A stretch of DNA of 45,664 bases from an uncultured bacterium. Its GTDB lineage: Bacteria > Bacillota_I > Bacilli_A > RF39 > UBA660. Location: the NCBI GenBank assembly GCA_948433885.1, contig CAOJEC010000005.1, positions 1-45,664 on the forward strand, written 5' to 3'. Of the stretch, positions 1 through 11,629 are shown in pieces. The notes beneath the pieces were generated by a model, which worked only from the letters and a program-made list of their open reading frames with translations, was not told the DNA's origin and searched no databases. The position numbers and the translations under genes were made by a program. Numbering within the stretch: the first letter of the stretch is position 1; every line of letters starts with the position of its first letter.

Positions 1-102
1 ATTTGTGTTTTTTGAGAATCTTTGTTCTTCTTTTTGTCTTTTTCGTTGAATTTTTCCTTTTGATTCTGAAAATACCGAACTAATATAGTTATTGAAACAT
101 CT

Positions 103-1101
103 ATGGAAAATGTGTTATACTATATTCGTGATAATAATGGTTCGCTAGTAGGATTCAAATATAACGGGGCTCTCTATTATTACGTCAAAAATTTACAACA
201 AGATATCATAGGCCTTAAAGACGCAGATTTCAATACAATTGCTACATATACGTACGATGCTTGGGGAAAACTTCTAAGTATAAAAGGATCTGACGGAAAA
301 GAAATTACAAATGAAAACCATATAGCTCACATCAATCCATTCCGTTATAGAAGCTATTACTATGATAAAGAGACAGGCTTGTACTACTTAAAGAAAAGAT
401 ATTATGACCCAAATTGGTGTAAGTTTATTAATACGGATAATCTTATTAATAAAGATGCTTTAGGAACTAATACATATAGTTACTGTAGTAATGAACCAAT
501 AAATAGAGCAGATTCATCAGGCCAAGGATGGTTCGTTTTAGGAGCAATTGTTGCAGGAGCTGTAATTGGTGGTACAATAAAAGTGATTTCTAATATCGTA
601 AACAAGAAAAAACCACTTGATGGAGTTGCAGGAGCAGTTGTAGGCGGAGCAATTACAGCGGGAATGACAGTAGCAAGTAAAGGAACTCTAACTGTACCAG
701 CAGTTATTGTTGGTTCTCTTGTAGAGACTACAACTAATGAATATATTTCATATAGAACTAAAAAGAAAGAAGTTACACCCGAAAATTTAGCAGATACCGT
801 TGTTACATATGGAGAGACTTTAGTCAATACAGGAATATCATGCATAACAGGCAACATAGTAAGCGAGATAATTCCAGTAAATATGACCTCATGGATACAA
901 CCGGAAAAAATTATATCAAGCCTTATAGGTAACTATGCTTTAAAATTAGATGCCCAAAATGTCATAACAGGAATAATTATGATAGGAATAAGCAAAATTA
1001 TTTCTAATATTATAGAAGATGCTAAAAATATTACTAAAGGTGGAAAAGAACCCACAGTTACTAAAAGTATTTATCCGAGTTTAGACCTAGTATATTTATA
1101 A
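103..1101 (+). CDS. RHS repeat-associated core protein with hydrophobic C-terminal toxin region; 5'-truncated/orphan module
   Basis: YTYDAWG, NPFRYRSYYYDKETGLYYL..RYYDP and YSYCSNEPINRADSSG are RHS-core motifs. A Gly/Ala-rich hydrophobic tail follows. The frame is open only back to 70 (KYRTNIVIETS) after TGA at 67-69. Confidence 0.9.
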   Translation: MENVLYYIRDNNGSLVGFKYNGALYYYVKNLQQDIIGLKDADFNTIATYTYDAWGKLLSIKGSDGKEITNENHIAHINPFRYRSYYYDKETGLYYLKKRYYDPNWCKFINTDNLINKDALGTNTYSYCSNEPINRADSSGQGWFVLGAIVAGAVIGGTIKVISNIVNKKKPLDGVAGAVVGGAITAGMTVASKGTLTVPAVIVGSLVETTTNEYISYRTKKKEVTPENLADTVVTYGETLVNTGISCITGNIVSEIIPVNMTSWIQPEKIISSLIGNYALKLDAQNVITGIIMIGISKIISNIIEDAKNITKGGKEPTVTKSIYPSLDLVYL

Positions 1102-1114
1102 TTAATGAAAAGGA

Positions 1115-1849
1115 ATGATTATATTGAAAATAAAGAACACATTGTTTGAAATAATATTTAAGATTCTAGTTATACATAGTTGCTTATTTTTGATTGTTGC
1201 TATTGGCACTAAACTTATTGAAACTAATATTCAAACTACTAATTTATTAGAACAAATTTTCAACCTTAGTATTATTTTAGGTTTTGCATCAGGTATACCG
1301 ATGGTGATAATGTTACTTTTGATGTTACAAAATCCCTATCCTACAGTATATAAGTGCACTAGCTCTAATTTCAATTATATAAGCAGTCATATAGAAAAAA
1401 AGCTATTAGCAACTGGTTTTGAGATTTTGTTTGACGAAAGCAAAAAGGACAATTTACAAAGACTAAAAATATTCAAACGATGTATGAATAAAAATGTTAA
1501 CTATATTTTCTTTATATCATATTGCGAAAAACTTACGGAAAATATCGTCAAAGATATTGAGGAGAAAAAAAATGAAATTATTGAAAATCTTCCTCGTCAT
1601 AAAATAGATTATGTAATTCCAATATTTTGTGTAAACGAAGATTCTCCTACACTAAAAACACTTTTAAATAACAACATTTTACAACTTCCTGAAGAGAGAC
1701 GATTATTTGTAGGCATTTGTTTACAAGATAATACTATGACTGTCGCAACACAAAAATATGGACTATATGAAGATGAATGTAAAAAACTTAAGAAATATTT
1801 TTTACAATTATCAAACGAAATCATAGAAGATGATTCAAATAATATATAA
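1115..1849 (+). CDS. Putative cognate immunity protein (2 N-terminal TM helices + soluble domain)
   Basis: Lies directly downstream of the RHS toxin; two hydrophobic segments; paralog of 2800-3620. Confidence 0.6.
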   Translation: MIILKIKNTLFEIIFKILVIHSCLFLIVAIGTKLIETNIQTTNLLEQIFNLSIILGFASGIPMVIMLLLMLQNPYPTVYKCTSSNFNYISSHIEKKLLATGFEILFDESKKDNLQRLKIFKRCMNKNVNYIFFISYCEKLTENIVKDIEEKKNEIIENLPRHKIDYVIPIFCVNEDSPTLKTLLNNNILQLPEERRLFVGICLQDNTMTVATQKYGLYEDECKKLKKYFLQLSNEIIEDDSNNI

Positions 1850-1938
1850 CATGTAAAAATGAAATTGATAATGGCACACATACAGTATAGAGACCATCAT
1901 TAATAAAATAGGTAATTTAGTAACAAGATTGTAGATAG

Positions 1939-2061
1939 AAAAGGACCAGCTCACTTAATCCATTTGCAAAAACTATAAATAATATAGCATATGGTTTGCA
2001 AGAAATAGGATACCTTAGCACTTATGATTGGGATAAAACGTATTCTTATATAATTGAATAA
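1939..2061 (+). pseudogene. Probable remnant of an orphan toxin C-terminus
   Basis: Start-less frame ...LNPFAKTINNIAYGLQEIGYLSTYDWDKTYSYIIE* ends just before the next RBS/gene, the position expected for an orphan CT. Confidence 0.4.
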
Positions 2062-2086
2062 GACATACAAAAAGGAATGAGAATCT

Positions 2087-2630
2087 ATGGTTCAAATATT
2101 AAAAAAAATTATAATAAAAATAATAAACATCATAAAAAAATATTCAAATTTTTATTAATATCATTTAGCATTTTAGTATTATTAGGTAATATAATTGTCC
2201 TAATATTCTTTTGCATATTATCCACAATAGACGTAAATGAAAATCCTCATCCATTTGAGAAAAGATATGATTCAAAATTACTTATTGATAGCTACATAGG
2301 CTATAAAGAACCGATATATTCTTGTTTATTCTCTTGTATGATTTATAGCGAATATTATTACGAAAACGCATCAGAGCAGTTTGAAGATAATACAAATTAT
2401 CAAAAAGTAACGAATGATAATATAACCTTATTAAAAAAATTATTTTCACGATTTTCTTCCTTTTCAGAATATGAAGAAGTCTTAAGTTTTAAATATAAAG
2501 AACAATTAAAATTAGATGATTTATTCTATTTGGATTACAAAAAAATAAAAATGAAGAAATATATGAATATACAATTTACTATTATGATAAGAAAAGAGAG
2601 ATTCTATACTACTTCTATGATTTTGACTAG
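2087..2630 (+). pseudogene. Frameshifted membrane-anchored (putative immunity) gene
   Basis: AAAGGA RBS and ATG at 2087 (MVQILKKIIIKIINII) join the 2077 ORF frame through an A7 run at ~2134-2140. An alternative-frame end NKNEEIYEYTIYYYDKKREILYYFYDFD* follows the A run at ~2539-2545. Confidence 0.55.
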
Positions 2631-2799
2631 ATAAAAATATCGTGGAGTATCTATATAATTATATTCATAGGCCTTCTCCACAACAAAATTTGGAAGCACA
2701 ATAATTGGTCAATATTAGATAGTTATAATCATGCATTTATACATTGTCAATAGAAATATCGGACTAATATTTATAAAAAATTGAGTTGTAGGAGGCACT

Positions 2800-3620
2800 A
2801 TGATAAAAATATTCGAAGAAAACATCATCTTAATATTCATAATAGTTTCACTCGTAGGTTTTATTGTCAGTAAAAAAGGAAGCAAAAGACTAAAAATATC
2901 AATTATGAGGATATTAGCTATAATAGAATGAATATTAGTTATATTTTGCACCGTAATGGTATTAAAACAAAGGTTTATTTTAAATGGAATTCCTGATTTT
3001 GATAAAGACATCTCTTACATTTTATTGATGATATTATTCTTTATACCTATGTTATTTTGTGGTGTAACAACAAATACAGTAAGAAAAGTAGAGTATGAAT
3101 TACAACAAAGAACCTTTAAAAGCCTAATAGATTTTATACAAATTTTATACAAAATCAATTAACTCCAACTAATTATAAACAAGTACTTAATGAAAAAGAT
3201 TTAATTGCTTATAGATATAAAAAAGGCGAAACAATAAAAATGTTTATAATATCACATATAAACGATATTAACGAAGAAAAGTATAGAGCTATAGACAATA
3301 GAATACAAAACTTTATTAAAAATGATTTTAAATATATTCTTGGCGGTATATTAAAGACGAGGGCACTAATCATAACGAATATAATTATAACTAACAACCA
3401 TAATGAATTTCTTAATAATATGATGTTAAAAAGAATACAAAATCCAAGATACTATAAAATCTATGTAGGAATATGTACCAAAGAAGCAAAGATGTATATA
3501 TATGAAGATATAAAAGGATTCGGTTATTTATACTTCGATGATTGCTATAAAAATCTTCTAAAAGTATTAAATTTAAAAAAGAGTTCTAAAATAATTTTTT
3601 CATTCGAAGATATCTCATAA
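2800..3620 (+). pseudogene. Degraded paralog of the 1115-1849 immunity-like gene
   Basis: AGGAGG RBS, ATG 2800, in-frame TGA at 2929-2931, frameshift at ~3150-3160 joining the 3240-3620 ORF. Shares IPM and (F/Y)VGIC segments with 1115-1849. Confidence 0.65.
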
Positions 3621-3676
3621 GAGTATTGATGAATACAACAATGCTCTTTTCATTTTGACTAGAAAGGACTTTCATT

Positions 3677-3784
3677 ATGACACTATTTAATACAAAATAC
3701 ATATATCTAAAAAATACAACTTCACTCACTATTAATTGGCAATTTCTATACTCCTTGGATAAAGATTTAATAAATTTAGAATAG
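3677..3784 (+). CDS. Small 35-aa ORF of unknown function
   Basis: AGAAAGGA RBS then MTLFNTKYIYLKNTTSLTINWQFLYSLDKDLINLE*, just upstream of the holin. Confidence 0.3.
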   Translation: MTLFNTKYIYLKNTTSLTINWQFLYSLDKDLINLE

Positions 3785-3794
3785 AGAATTTAAT

Positions 3795-4178
3795 ATGGAA
3801 AAAACAATATTTTACATCAACATTATTATTAGTTTCCTCGCTTATATATTTGGAGGATTCGATTATCCCTTCATCTCATTAATGCTTGTAATTCTCCTAG
3901 ATTACATCACTGGCATCCTGAAAGCAATATATAAGAAAAACTTAAATAGCTCATTAGGACGAAAAGGAATTATAAAAAAATTTGGCTATTTGTTTATAGT
4001 AATTCTCGCAACCTTATTTGATAGATTAATAAATGACCAAACGATGGCAATTAGAACGCTCGTTATCTACTTCTTCTTCTCGAATGAAGCAATTTCTATT
4101 TTAGAAAACTGGGGAGCTTTAGGTTTACCCCTCCCAAAAAGACTATACGAAGTATTTGAAAAACTAAAAAAAGAGTAA
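3795..4178 (+). CDS. Phage/toxin-secretion holin (phage holin 4 family)
   Basis: FGGFD, LDYITGILKA, SSLGRKGIIKK, NEAISILEN..LGLPLP motifs. Confidence 0.9.
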   Translation: MEKTIFYINIIISFLAYIFGGFDYPFISLMLVILLDYITGILKAIYKKNLNSSLGRKGIIKKFGYLFIVILATLFDRLINDQTMAIRTLVIYFFFSNEAISILENWGALGLPLPKRLYEVFEKLKKE

Positions 4179-4188
4179 GGATTTTTTT

Positions 4189-4221
4189 GACTGTATGGCT
4201 GATGCCATACGGTCTTTTTTT
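4189..4221 (+). terminator. Rho-independent terminator after the holin
   Basis: GACTGTATGGC-tgat-GCCATACGGTC followed by T7. Confidence 0.8.
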
Positions 4222-4263
4222 ATGTTTCCGAATCCATTTTACTCTATCAGAGAAAAGCAAATG

Positions 4264-4292
4264 TTGTATAAACACCCTAAAAATGGTAAAAT
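4264..4292 (+). promoter_or_regulatory. Sigma-A-like promoter of uvrB
   Basis: TTGTAT-17-TAAAAT with extended TG. Confidence 0.5.
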
Positions 4293-4358
4293 AAAAGCAG
4301 TTTTGGTGTTATCTAGTCCATCTAGTATTATAGAGTATTATCTAGTTTTTAAAAACAA

Positions 4359-4490
4359 ATTTGTGACTTTCATTCGTGCATTAGCAAAAAGTGTCATATT
4401 AACCACATATTTATGCACGAATTTTAGAAATTTGTGCACGAATTGTTGGCTGATATGACACCTTTTAAAAAATGAAAAAAGTCACAAAAT
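4359..4490. repeat. ~130-bp imperfect palindrome upstream of uvrB
   Basis: Nested arms TTGTGACTTT/AAAGTCACAA, GTGTCATAT/ATATGACAC and TGCACGAATTT/AAATTTGTGCA. Confidence 0.8.
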
Positions 4491-4514
4491 AGTAATAAAA
4501 GAGGAGGAAAAAAT

Positions 4515-6464
<1,950 letters not shown>

Positions 6465-6469
6465 AAATA

Positions 6470-7222
6470 GTGAAAGCATTGATAACAGGTGCTTCGAGTG
6501 GAATCGGAGAATCCATGGCATATTACATGAAAGATTTAGGATACGACTTGATATTGACGGCATCCGACGAAAATAGACTTGCCAAAGTTGCCAAAAACAT
6601 CGGTGGAAAAATCGAAACGATCGTATGTGACTTACGTTATGAAGAAGAGGTATACAAACTGTACGACAAAGTAAAAGATGAAAACATCGACATATTGGTA
6701 AACAATGCCGGATTCGGTTTATTCGGCGACTTTGTGAAGACAGATTTGGATAGAGAACTAGAAATGATAGAAGTCAACATCAAGGCCGTTCACATTCTCA
6801 CCAAATTGTTTCTTCGCGACTTTTATGAACGAGATTCCGGTTTCATCCTAAACGTCGCATCCTCTGCCGGCTTCATGGCAGGACCCCACTTGGATACGTA
6901 TTATGCTACCAAAAATTATTGTTTAAAACTCACTTTGGGTATCTATGAAGAATTGAGAAGAGCCAAGTCCAATGTGCATATAAGTGCTCTTTGCCCAGGA
7001 CCAGTCGATACTAATTTCAATCGAGTAGCCAAAGGTATATTCAAAATAAAAGGAGCAAATAAAGATTACGTAGCCAAGTACGGCATCGATAAAATGCTGA
7101 AAGGTAAGTTGATCATTATTCCGACTTTCAAAATGAAAATGACCATATTTTTCCAAAAATTTATACCGACAAAATTACTTCTTCGCATTACCTACAAAAT
7201 ACAAAACCGTAAATCACTTTAA
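6470..7222 (+). CDS. Short-chain dehydrogenase/reductase
   Basis: TGASSGIG, NNAG, YYATK catalytic motif. Confidence 0.95.
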   Translation: MKALITGASSGIGESMAYYMKDLGYDLILTASDENRLAKVAKNIGGKIETIVCDLRYEEEVYKLYDKVKDENIDILVNNAGFGLFGDFVKTDLDRELEMIEVNIKAVHILTKLFLRDFYERDSGFILNVASSAGFMAGPHLDTYYATKNYCLKLTLGIYEELRRAKSNVHISALCPGPVDTNFNRVAKGIFKIKGANKDYVAKYGIDKMLKGKLIIIPTFKMKMTIFFQKFIPTKLLLRITYKIQNRKSL

Positions 7223-7296
7223 AAAAACGGTTTAAAACCACCAATATTAATGATATAATACCATCAACAAGTACAAAAAAAGAAGGAAGAAAATCT

Positions 7297-8919
7297 ATGA
7301 AAACATACATATTTGGACATAAGAAACCGGACACCGACAGTGTAACCGCAGCGATCAGTCTTTCGTATCTAAAAAACAAGATGGGCCTAGACACAGAACC
7401 CCGCGTATTAGGAGAACTCAATAAAGAAACTCAATTCGTTTTGAATTACTTTAAAATTGCTCAACCTAAATTTTTAAATGACGTCAAAGTACAAATAGAA
7501 GACGTCCCTTTTCGTCGCGACATAATGATAAATGAAGAAGCCTCGATTTATGAAGCGTATACTTACATGGTAGATAATGGAATAACAGGATTACCTGTTG
7601 TCAAAGATAAAAAGAAATTTGTCGGCTACGTTTCTTTGAAAGAAATAGCAACCGATTTCATAAGAGGAGACTTCGATAGTCTCTATGCATCTTATGACAA
7701 TATCATCAAAGTCTTAGATGGAAAAGAAGTGCTCAAATTCGATGAAGAGATAACCGGTCAAATCATGGCGGCAACTTTCTCAAGTGAACTCATACTTGCC
7801 GATTCGGATATTTCTAATAATACGATCGTCATCGTTGGAGCACGCAAATACGTTGTCGATTACTGCATTAACAAAAGAGTCAAATTGATAATTCTCGTAG
7901 GAAATCAAACGTTGAGTGAAGAAGAATTTGCTCAAGCCAAGAAGAACAAAATCAACGTCATCAGTACCAATAAGAAAAGTTTTGAAACTTCTAAATTGAT
8001 AGGACTATCGAATTACATCAAAGGTATATTGAGAAATGAAAAGCCGGTAACATTCGAACTTAAAGATTATTTGACCGACTTTTTCGAAGTTTCTAACAAA
8101 CTCAAACACACAAACTATCCGATAGTAGATAAAAGAGGAAATTGCAATGGACTTCTTAGACTTTTAGACGTTAATACATACGATCGCAAAAAAGTCATAC
8201 TCGTCGACCACAATGAAATAAAACAAAGTGTCGATGGATTGAATGAAGCCGTCATTTTAGAAATTATCGATCACCATGCATTAGGAAACTTGACGACGAA
8301 TGCTCCTATTTCGTTTAGAAATATGATACTAGGAAGCAGCAATTCTATAATATACCATTTATACAAAGAAGCAGGTATCGAAATACCTAAAGACATTGCT
8401 GGACTGATGCTTTCGGGAATTTTATCTGATACGCTGGTTTTGAAAAGTCCTACTGCAACCGAACAGGACAAAGAAATTGCTAAAGAACTTGCACGAATTG
8501 CCGAAATAGATATACAAGATTACGGTATGGAAATGCTCAAAGCAGGTTCGAGTCTAAAAGGCTTATCGATCGAAGAAGTGGTATTTTACGATTACAAAGA
8601 GTATAAAGCCAATGATATGAACTTTGGTATAGGTCAAATTCTAACACTCGATTACGAGGACGTATTGAATCACAAAGATGAATATGTTGAATTTCTCAAT
8701 AAATCGAGCAAGATGAAAGGGTTCAAAGTAATAGCACTCTACATCACAGATATCGTCGACAACGGTTCCTACGTATTGTACAATAGTTCCGCCGAGAAAT
8801 TGATGTCTCTTGCATACGAAAAAGAAGACATGCACGAAGGCTATTATTTGCCAGGTGTCATCTCACGTAAAAAGCAAATGGTTCCAAATATAATGAGCGA
8901 ACTAGAAAATATGGATTAA
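7297..8919 (+). CDS. ppaC: Mn-dependent inorganic pyrophosphatase with CBS/DRTGG insert
   Basis: GHKKPDTDS, VDHNE, IDHH, GILSDT, SRKKQ motifs; ~230-aa regulatory insert. Confidence 0.95.
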   Translation: MKTYIFGHKKPDTDSVTAAISLSYLKNKMGLDTEPRVLGELNKETQFVLNYFKIAQPKFLNDVKVQIEDVPFRRDIMINEEASIYEAYTYMVDNGITGLPVVKDKKKFVGYVSLKEIATDFIRGDFDSLYASYDNIIKVLDGKEVLKFDEEITGQIMAATFSSELILADSDISNNTIVIVGARKYVVDYCINKRVKLIILVGNQTLSEEEFAQAKKNKINVISTNKKSFETSKLIGLSNYIKGILRNEKPVTFELKDYLTDFFEVSNKLKHTNYPIVDKRGNCNGLLRLLDVNTYDRKKVILVDHNEIKQSVDGLNEAVILEIIDHHALGNLTTNAPISFRNMILGSSNSIIYHLYKEAGIEIPKDIAGLMLSGILSDTLVLKSPTATEQDKEIAKELARIAEIDIQDYGMEMLKAGSSLKGLSIEEVVFYDYKEYKANDMNFGIGQILTLDYEDVLNHKDEYVEFLNKSSKMKGFKVIALYITDIVDNGSYVLYNSSAEKLMSLAYEKEDMHEGYYLPGVISRKKQMVPNIMSELENMD

Positions 8920-8923
8920 AAAC

Positions 8924-8951
8924 TTGCAATTAGCATAAATTATGTTATAAT
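8924..8951 (+). promoter_or_regulatory. Sigma-A promoter of tRNA-Arg
   Basis: TTGCAA-16-TATAAT with extended TG. Confidence 0.6.
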
Positions 8952-8977
8952 ATTGTTGTTCTCAGCAATATTATTTT

Positions 8978-9054
8978 GCGCTCATAGCTCAATTGGATAG
9001 AGCGTTAGACTACGGATCTAAAGGTTAGGGGTTCGACTCCCTTTGGGCGCACCA
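8978..9054 (+). tRNA. tRNA-Arg (anticodon ACG)
   Basis: GCGCTCA...TGGGCGC acceptor stem, TAGCTCAATTGGATAGAGC D-arm, TTAGA-CTACGGA-TCTAA anticodon arm, GTTCGACTC T-loop, encoded CCA. Confidence 0.97.
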
Positions 9055-10395
9055 TAGTGTGATTAACTTGAACTCCCTTATTTATTGGGCGTTCGAGTCA
9101 TATTTTAAGTGAAAATCTTCACAAATGAGTGAAGATTTTTGCATTTTTTTGCATTTTATATTTATTTTTTGTAAAAAGTAGAAAAGAAATAATAGTATAA
9201 AATATTTTTAAATCAGAAATTAAATTGATTTTATTCGGAAATATAACCTAAACTATTAAGAAATTATTTGATGTCTGCTATAATAGAGTTGACAAATAAA
9301 TTGTAATTTATTGAGGAGGTTTGTATGAACAACATAATTAATACAGTTGATAGAAATAATTTGGAAAGTTTATTAGAAAATAAAAAACAAAATGAACTAA
9401 GTATTGAAATGATTTCATTTGCTAATAAAATTCCACCATTAGAACATGTAGAGGATTTAAAGTATATTGATGAATTATTTTATTCTTATTTTACTTCGGA
9501 TAAAAATACAAAAAAATTTGCGTGTACATCTGCTGAAATATTTTCAAGAAGAACATATTCGGGGTGCTCTGATATTGGTCTTGCAATAGCACCCATTTTA
9601 AGAATAAAAGGAATCCCTACAATATATGTTGAAAGTGCTCAAATTGAATAGATTAATGATGTACAAGAGAACAACGAAAGAAAAGAATTTATGCGAGGTC
9701 ATATTTTTTTGGAAATTTATATAAATAGTAAATGGTATTTGTATGATCCTACTTTTCACCTAGTATATGATGGATATAATTATGATAATTTTTGTTTACC
9801 TAGAAACTTTTATGTTTTTGCTAAAGCATTGAACTGTCATGAATTTAACGTTTATAGTGTAAACGATGAAAAGAAAGTTGGTATTAGAGTATTAAATAAT
9901 TATGATATTTCTGAATATAAAGAACCTAATTATGAAATGATTAATTTAAAAGCATTATATTTTGATGAGAATAAAAATAGAATAATCAAGTAAAATATTA
10001 TTAAACTTTGTTTGTATGTTAATCATAAATTCTAATTTCTTGAGCAGTTTATTTAACTCTAAAGTCACTTTAATTATTTATTGATGAAATAAAAGTTGCT
10101 AATATAAATAAAACGGAAGTAAATCGGAATTTGATTTTAAAAAAACTTTTTTTGATGTTAACTTTTCTTTAAATTTGGTATAAGGGAAAGCAGTATTCAA
10201 AAATGACAAACCCTTATAAAATCTAGAAAATAATAATTTAAAATTCAAAAATTAGTCGGGAGTTAGTCAAACATAAAACAAGAATTAAACAAAAATTGCG
10301 AAAAATCAAAAATATGATATGGCTATTTATAGTATTGTTTGATATGATGAAAATGCCAATGAGGACAGTTCAAATAAGAACCCTATTACGCACCA
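9055..10395. mobile_element. Decayed mini-island integrated at the tRNA-Arg 3' end
   Basis: Very AT-rich, TCGA-poor segment ending in CGCACCA (10389-10395), which duplicates the tRNA 3' end; no intact integrase. Confidence 0.6.
9325..9993 (+). pseudogene. Transglutaminase-like Cys protease split by an in-frame TAG
   Basis: GAGGAGG RBS. ORFs 9325-9651 and 9691-9993 are in frame across TAG 9649-9651. SGCSD / GHIFLEI / LYDPT give a Cys-His-Asp triad. Confidence 0.8.
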
Positions 10396-10548
10396 GAAAG
10401 TATACATCCGAACCCTCATGGTTCGGTTTATTTTTTTGACCTCATTAGAGTACATACTTGAGATGAAGCTATATTTTCAAGTGAAAGTTTCGATTTAATT
10501 CGAGACTTTTTTAGTTATGTGTTAAAATATTATTGGGAAGTGAAAACA

Positions 10549-11385
10549 TTGAGACTAGCAGTTATAAGTGATATACATTCAAATTTTATGGCCCTCAAAA
10601 TGGCTCTAGAAAGTATAAAAAGTGAACACGTAGACAAAATATGCTTTTTGGGAGACTACATAACAGATGGCGAGAATGAAAATGAGATATTGAGTACCAT
10701 AAAAAATGTCGCCGACTATGTCGTCTTAGGAAATAGAGAAAAATACATTTTGAATTACTCACCGTCTAAAAAAGAATACAATAACTACAAGACGATACAT
10801 TCTACGTATAGTAACTTGAATATAGAGAGTCTAGAATACATAAAGTCGATGAGAGAATCGTACACCCTAGACGTTAATGGCCACAAAATTTTGTTGATAC
10901 ATGGAGATAGATACAAAGGTAGTTATAATAATCTAGAGCAGGTTTTCGATAAAATGATAGACGATTACGATTTCGATATTTGTCTTTTCGGACACACGCA
11001 TAGATTTTTGAAAATGGAATATAAAAATAGGGTATTCATAAATCCTGGATCGATAGGAATGCCCGATGACTATCCGAGTTACAAGTATTGTATAGTCGAA
11101 ATAGACGACCATAAAATAAACGTCACCATGAAAGAATTCGACGTTTCGAAGTCTTTCAAAGAACTATCTGTAAGTTATAAAAACACGAAATATTATAAAA
11201 CTAATCCTACGTGGGCAAATTTATGTTTGCTTTCATCAAGAGACGCCGTCGATTATTGTTCGCAATTTGTCAATCATGTCGAAGAGAAAACAAGAAATGC
11301 AAAAGAATTGAGTGCAGCCGAATTTAACAAAATATGGAATGAAGTTTACGAAGAATTTATCAAAACAAATAACTTAAACGAGTAA
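10549..11385 (+). CDS. Metallophosphoesterase (calcineurin-like, YfcE-type)
   Basis: SDIHSN, LGD, GNRE, IHG, GHTH, NPGS motifs; TTG start chosen from the RBS position. Confidence 0.9.
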   Translation: MRLAVISDIHSNFMALKMALESIKSEHVDKICFLGDYITDGENENEILSTIKNVADYVVLGNREKYILNYSPSKKEYNNYKTIHSTYSNLNIESLEYIKSMRESYTLDVNGHKILLIHGDRYKGSYNNLEQVFDKMIDDYDFDICLFGHTHRFLKMEYKNRVFINPGSIGMPDDYPSYKYCIVEIDDHKINVTMKEFDVSKSFKELSVSYKNTKYYKTNPTWANLCLLSSRDAVDYCSQFVNHVEEKTRNAKELSAAEFNKIWNEVYEEFIKTNNLNE

Positions 11386-11629
11386 CTTTGAAAAATTCGA
11401 AAAAAAGTATAATCACATTAATTTTAATATCACTCTAACCTTACACAAAAAACAATGACATTATATTTTAAATGAAACGGCAGCCTAACATGACAATTCA
11501 TCGCATTCCCGTATACGATGAATTTTTTTGTTTGTAATAATATGAATTTGATATGAAGAAAAGCGATATATAATCGATGCAACTTATGATATAATATATA
11601 TACAAAATATAAAAGAAAGAAGAAATGCT

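Noticed and set aside
2929-2931. In-frame TGA suggesting genetic code 4 (UGA=Trp)
   Set aside because: Genes such as smpB and spoVAE end properly at TGA, Trp is TGG throughout, and other pseudogenes have TAG/TAA lesions; this is decay.
3795-4178. Prophage suggested by the holin
   Set aside because: No integrase, structural, terminase or adjacent endolysin genes in the window.
4195-4458. 87-aa ORF upstream of uvrB
   Set aside because: Starts inside a terminator, has no RBS, and spans the promoter and palindrome.
11386-11530. Possible sRNA between the phosphoesterase and DUF4026 genes
   Set aside because: The hairpin at ~11495-11528 is explained as the upstream gene's terminator, and the TTGAAA/TATAAT spacing is only 14 bp.
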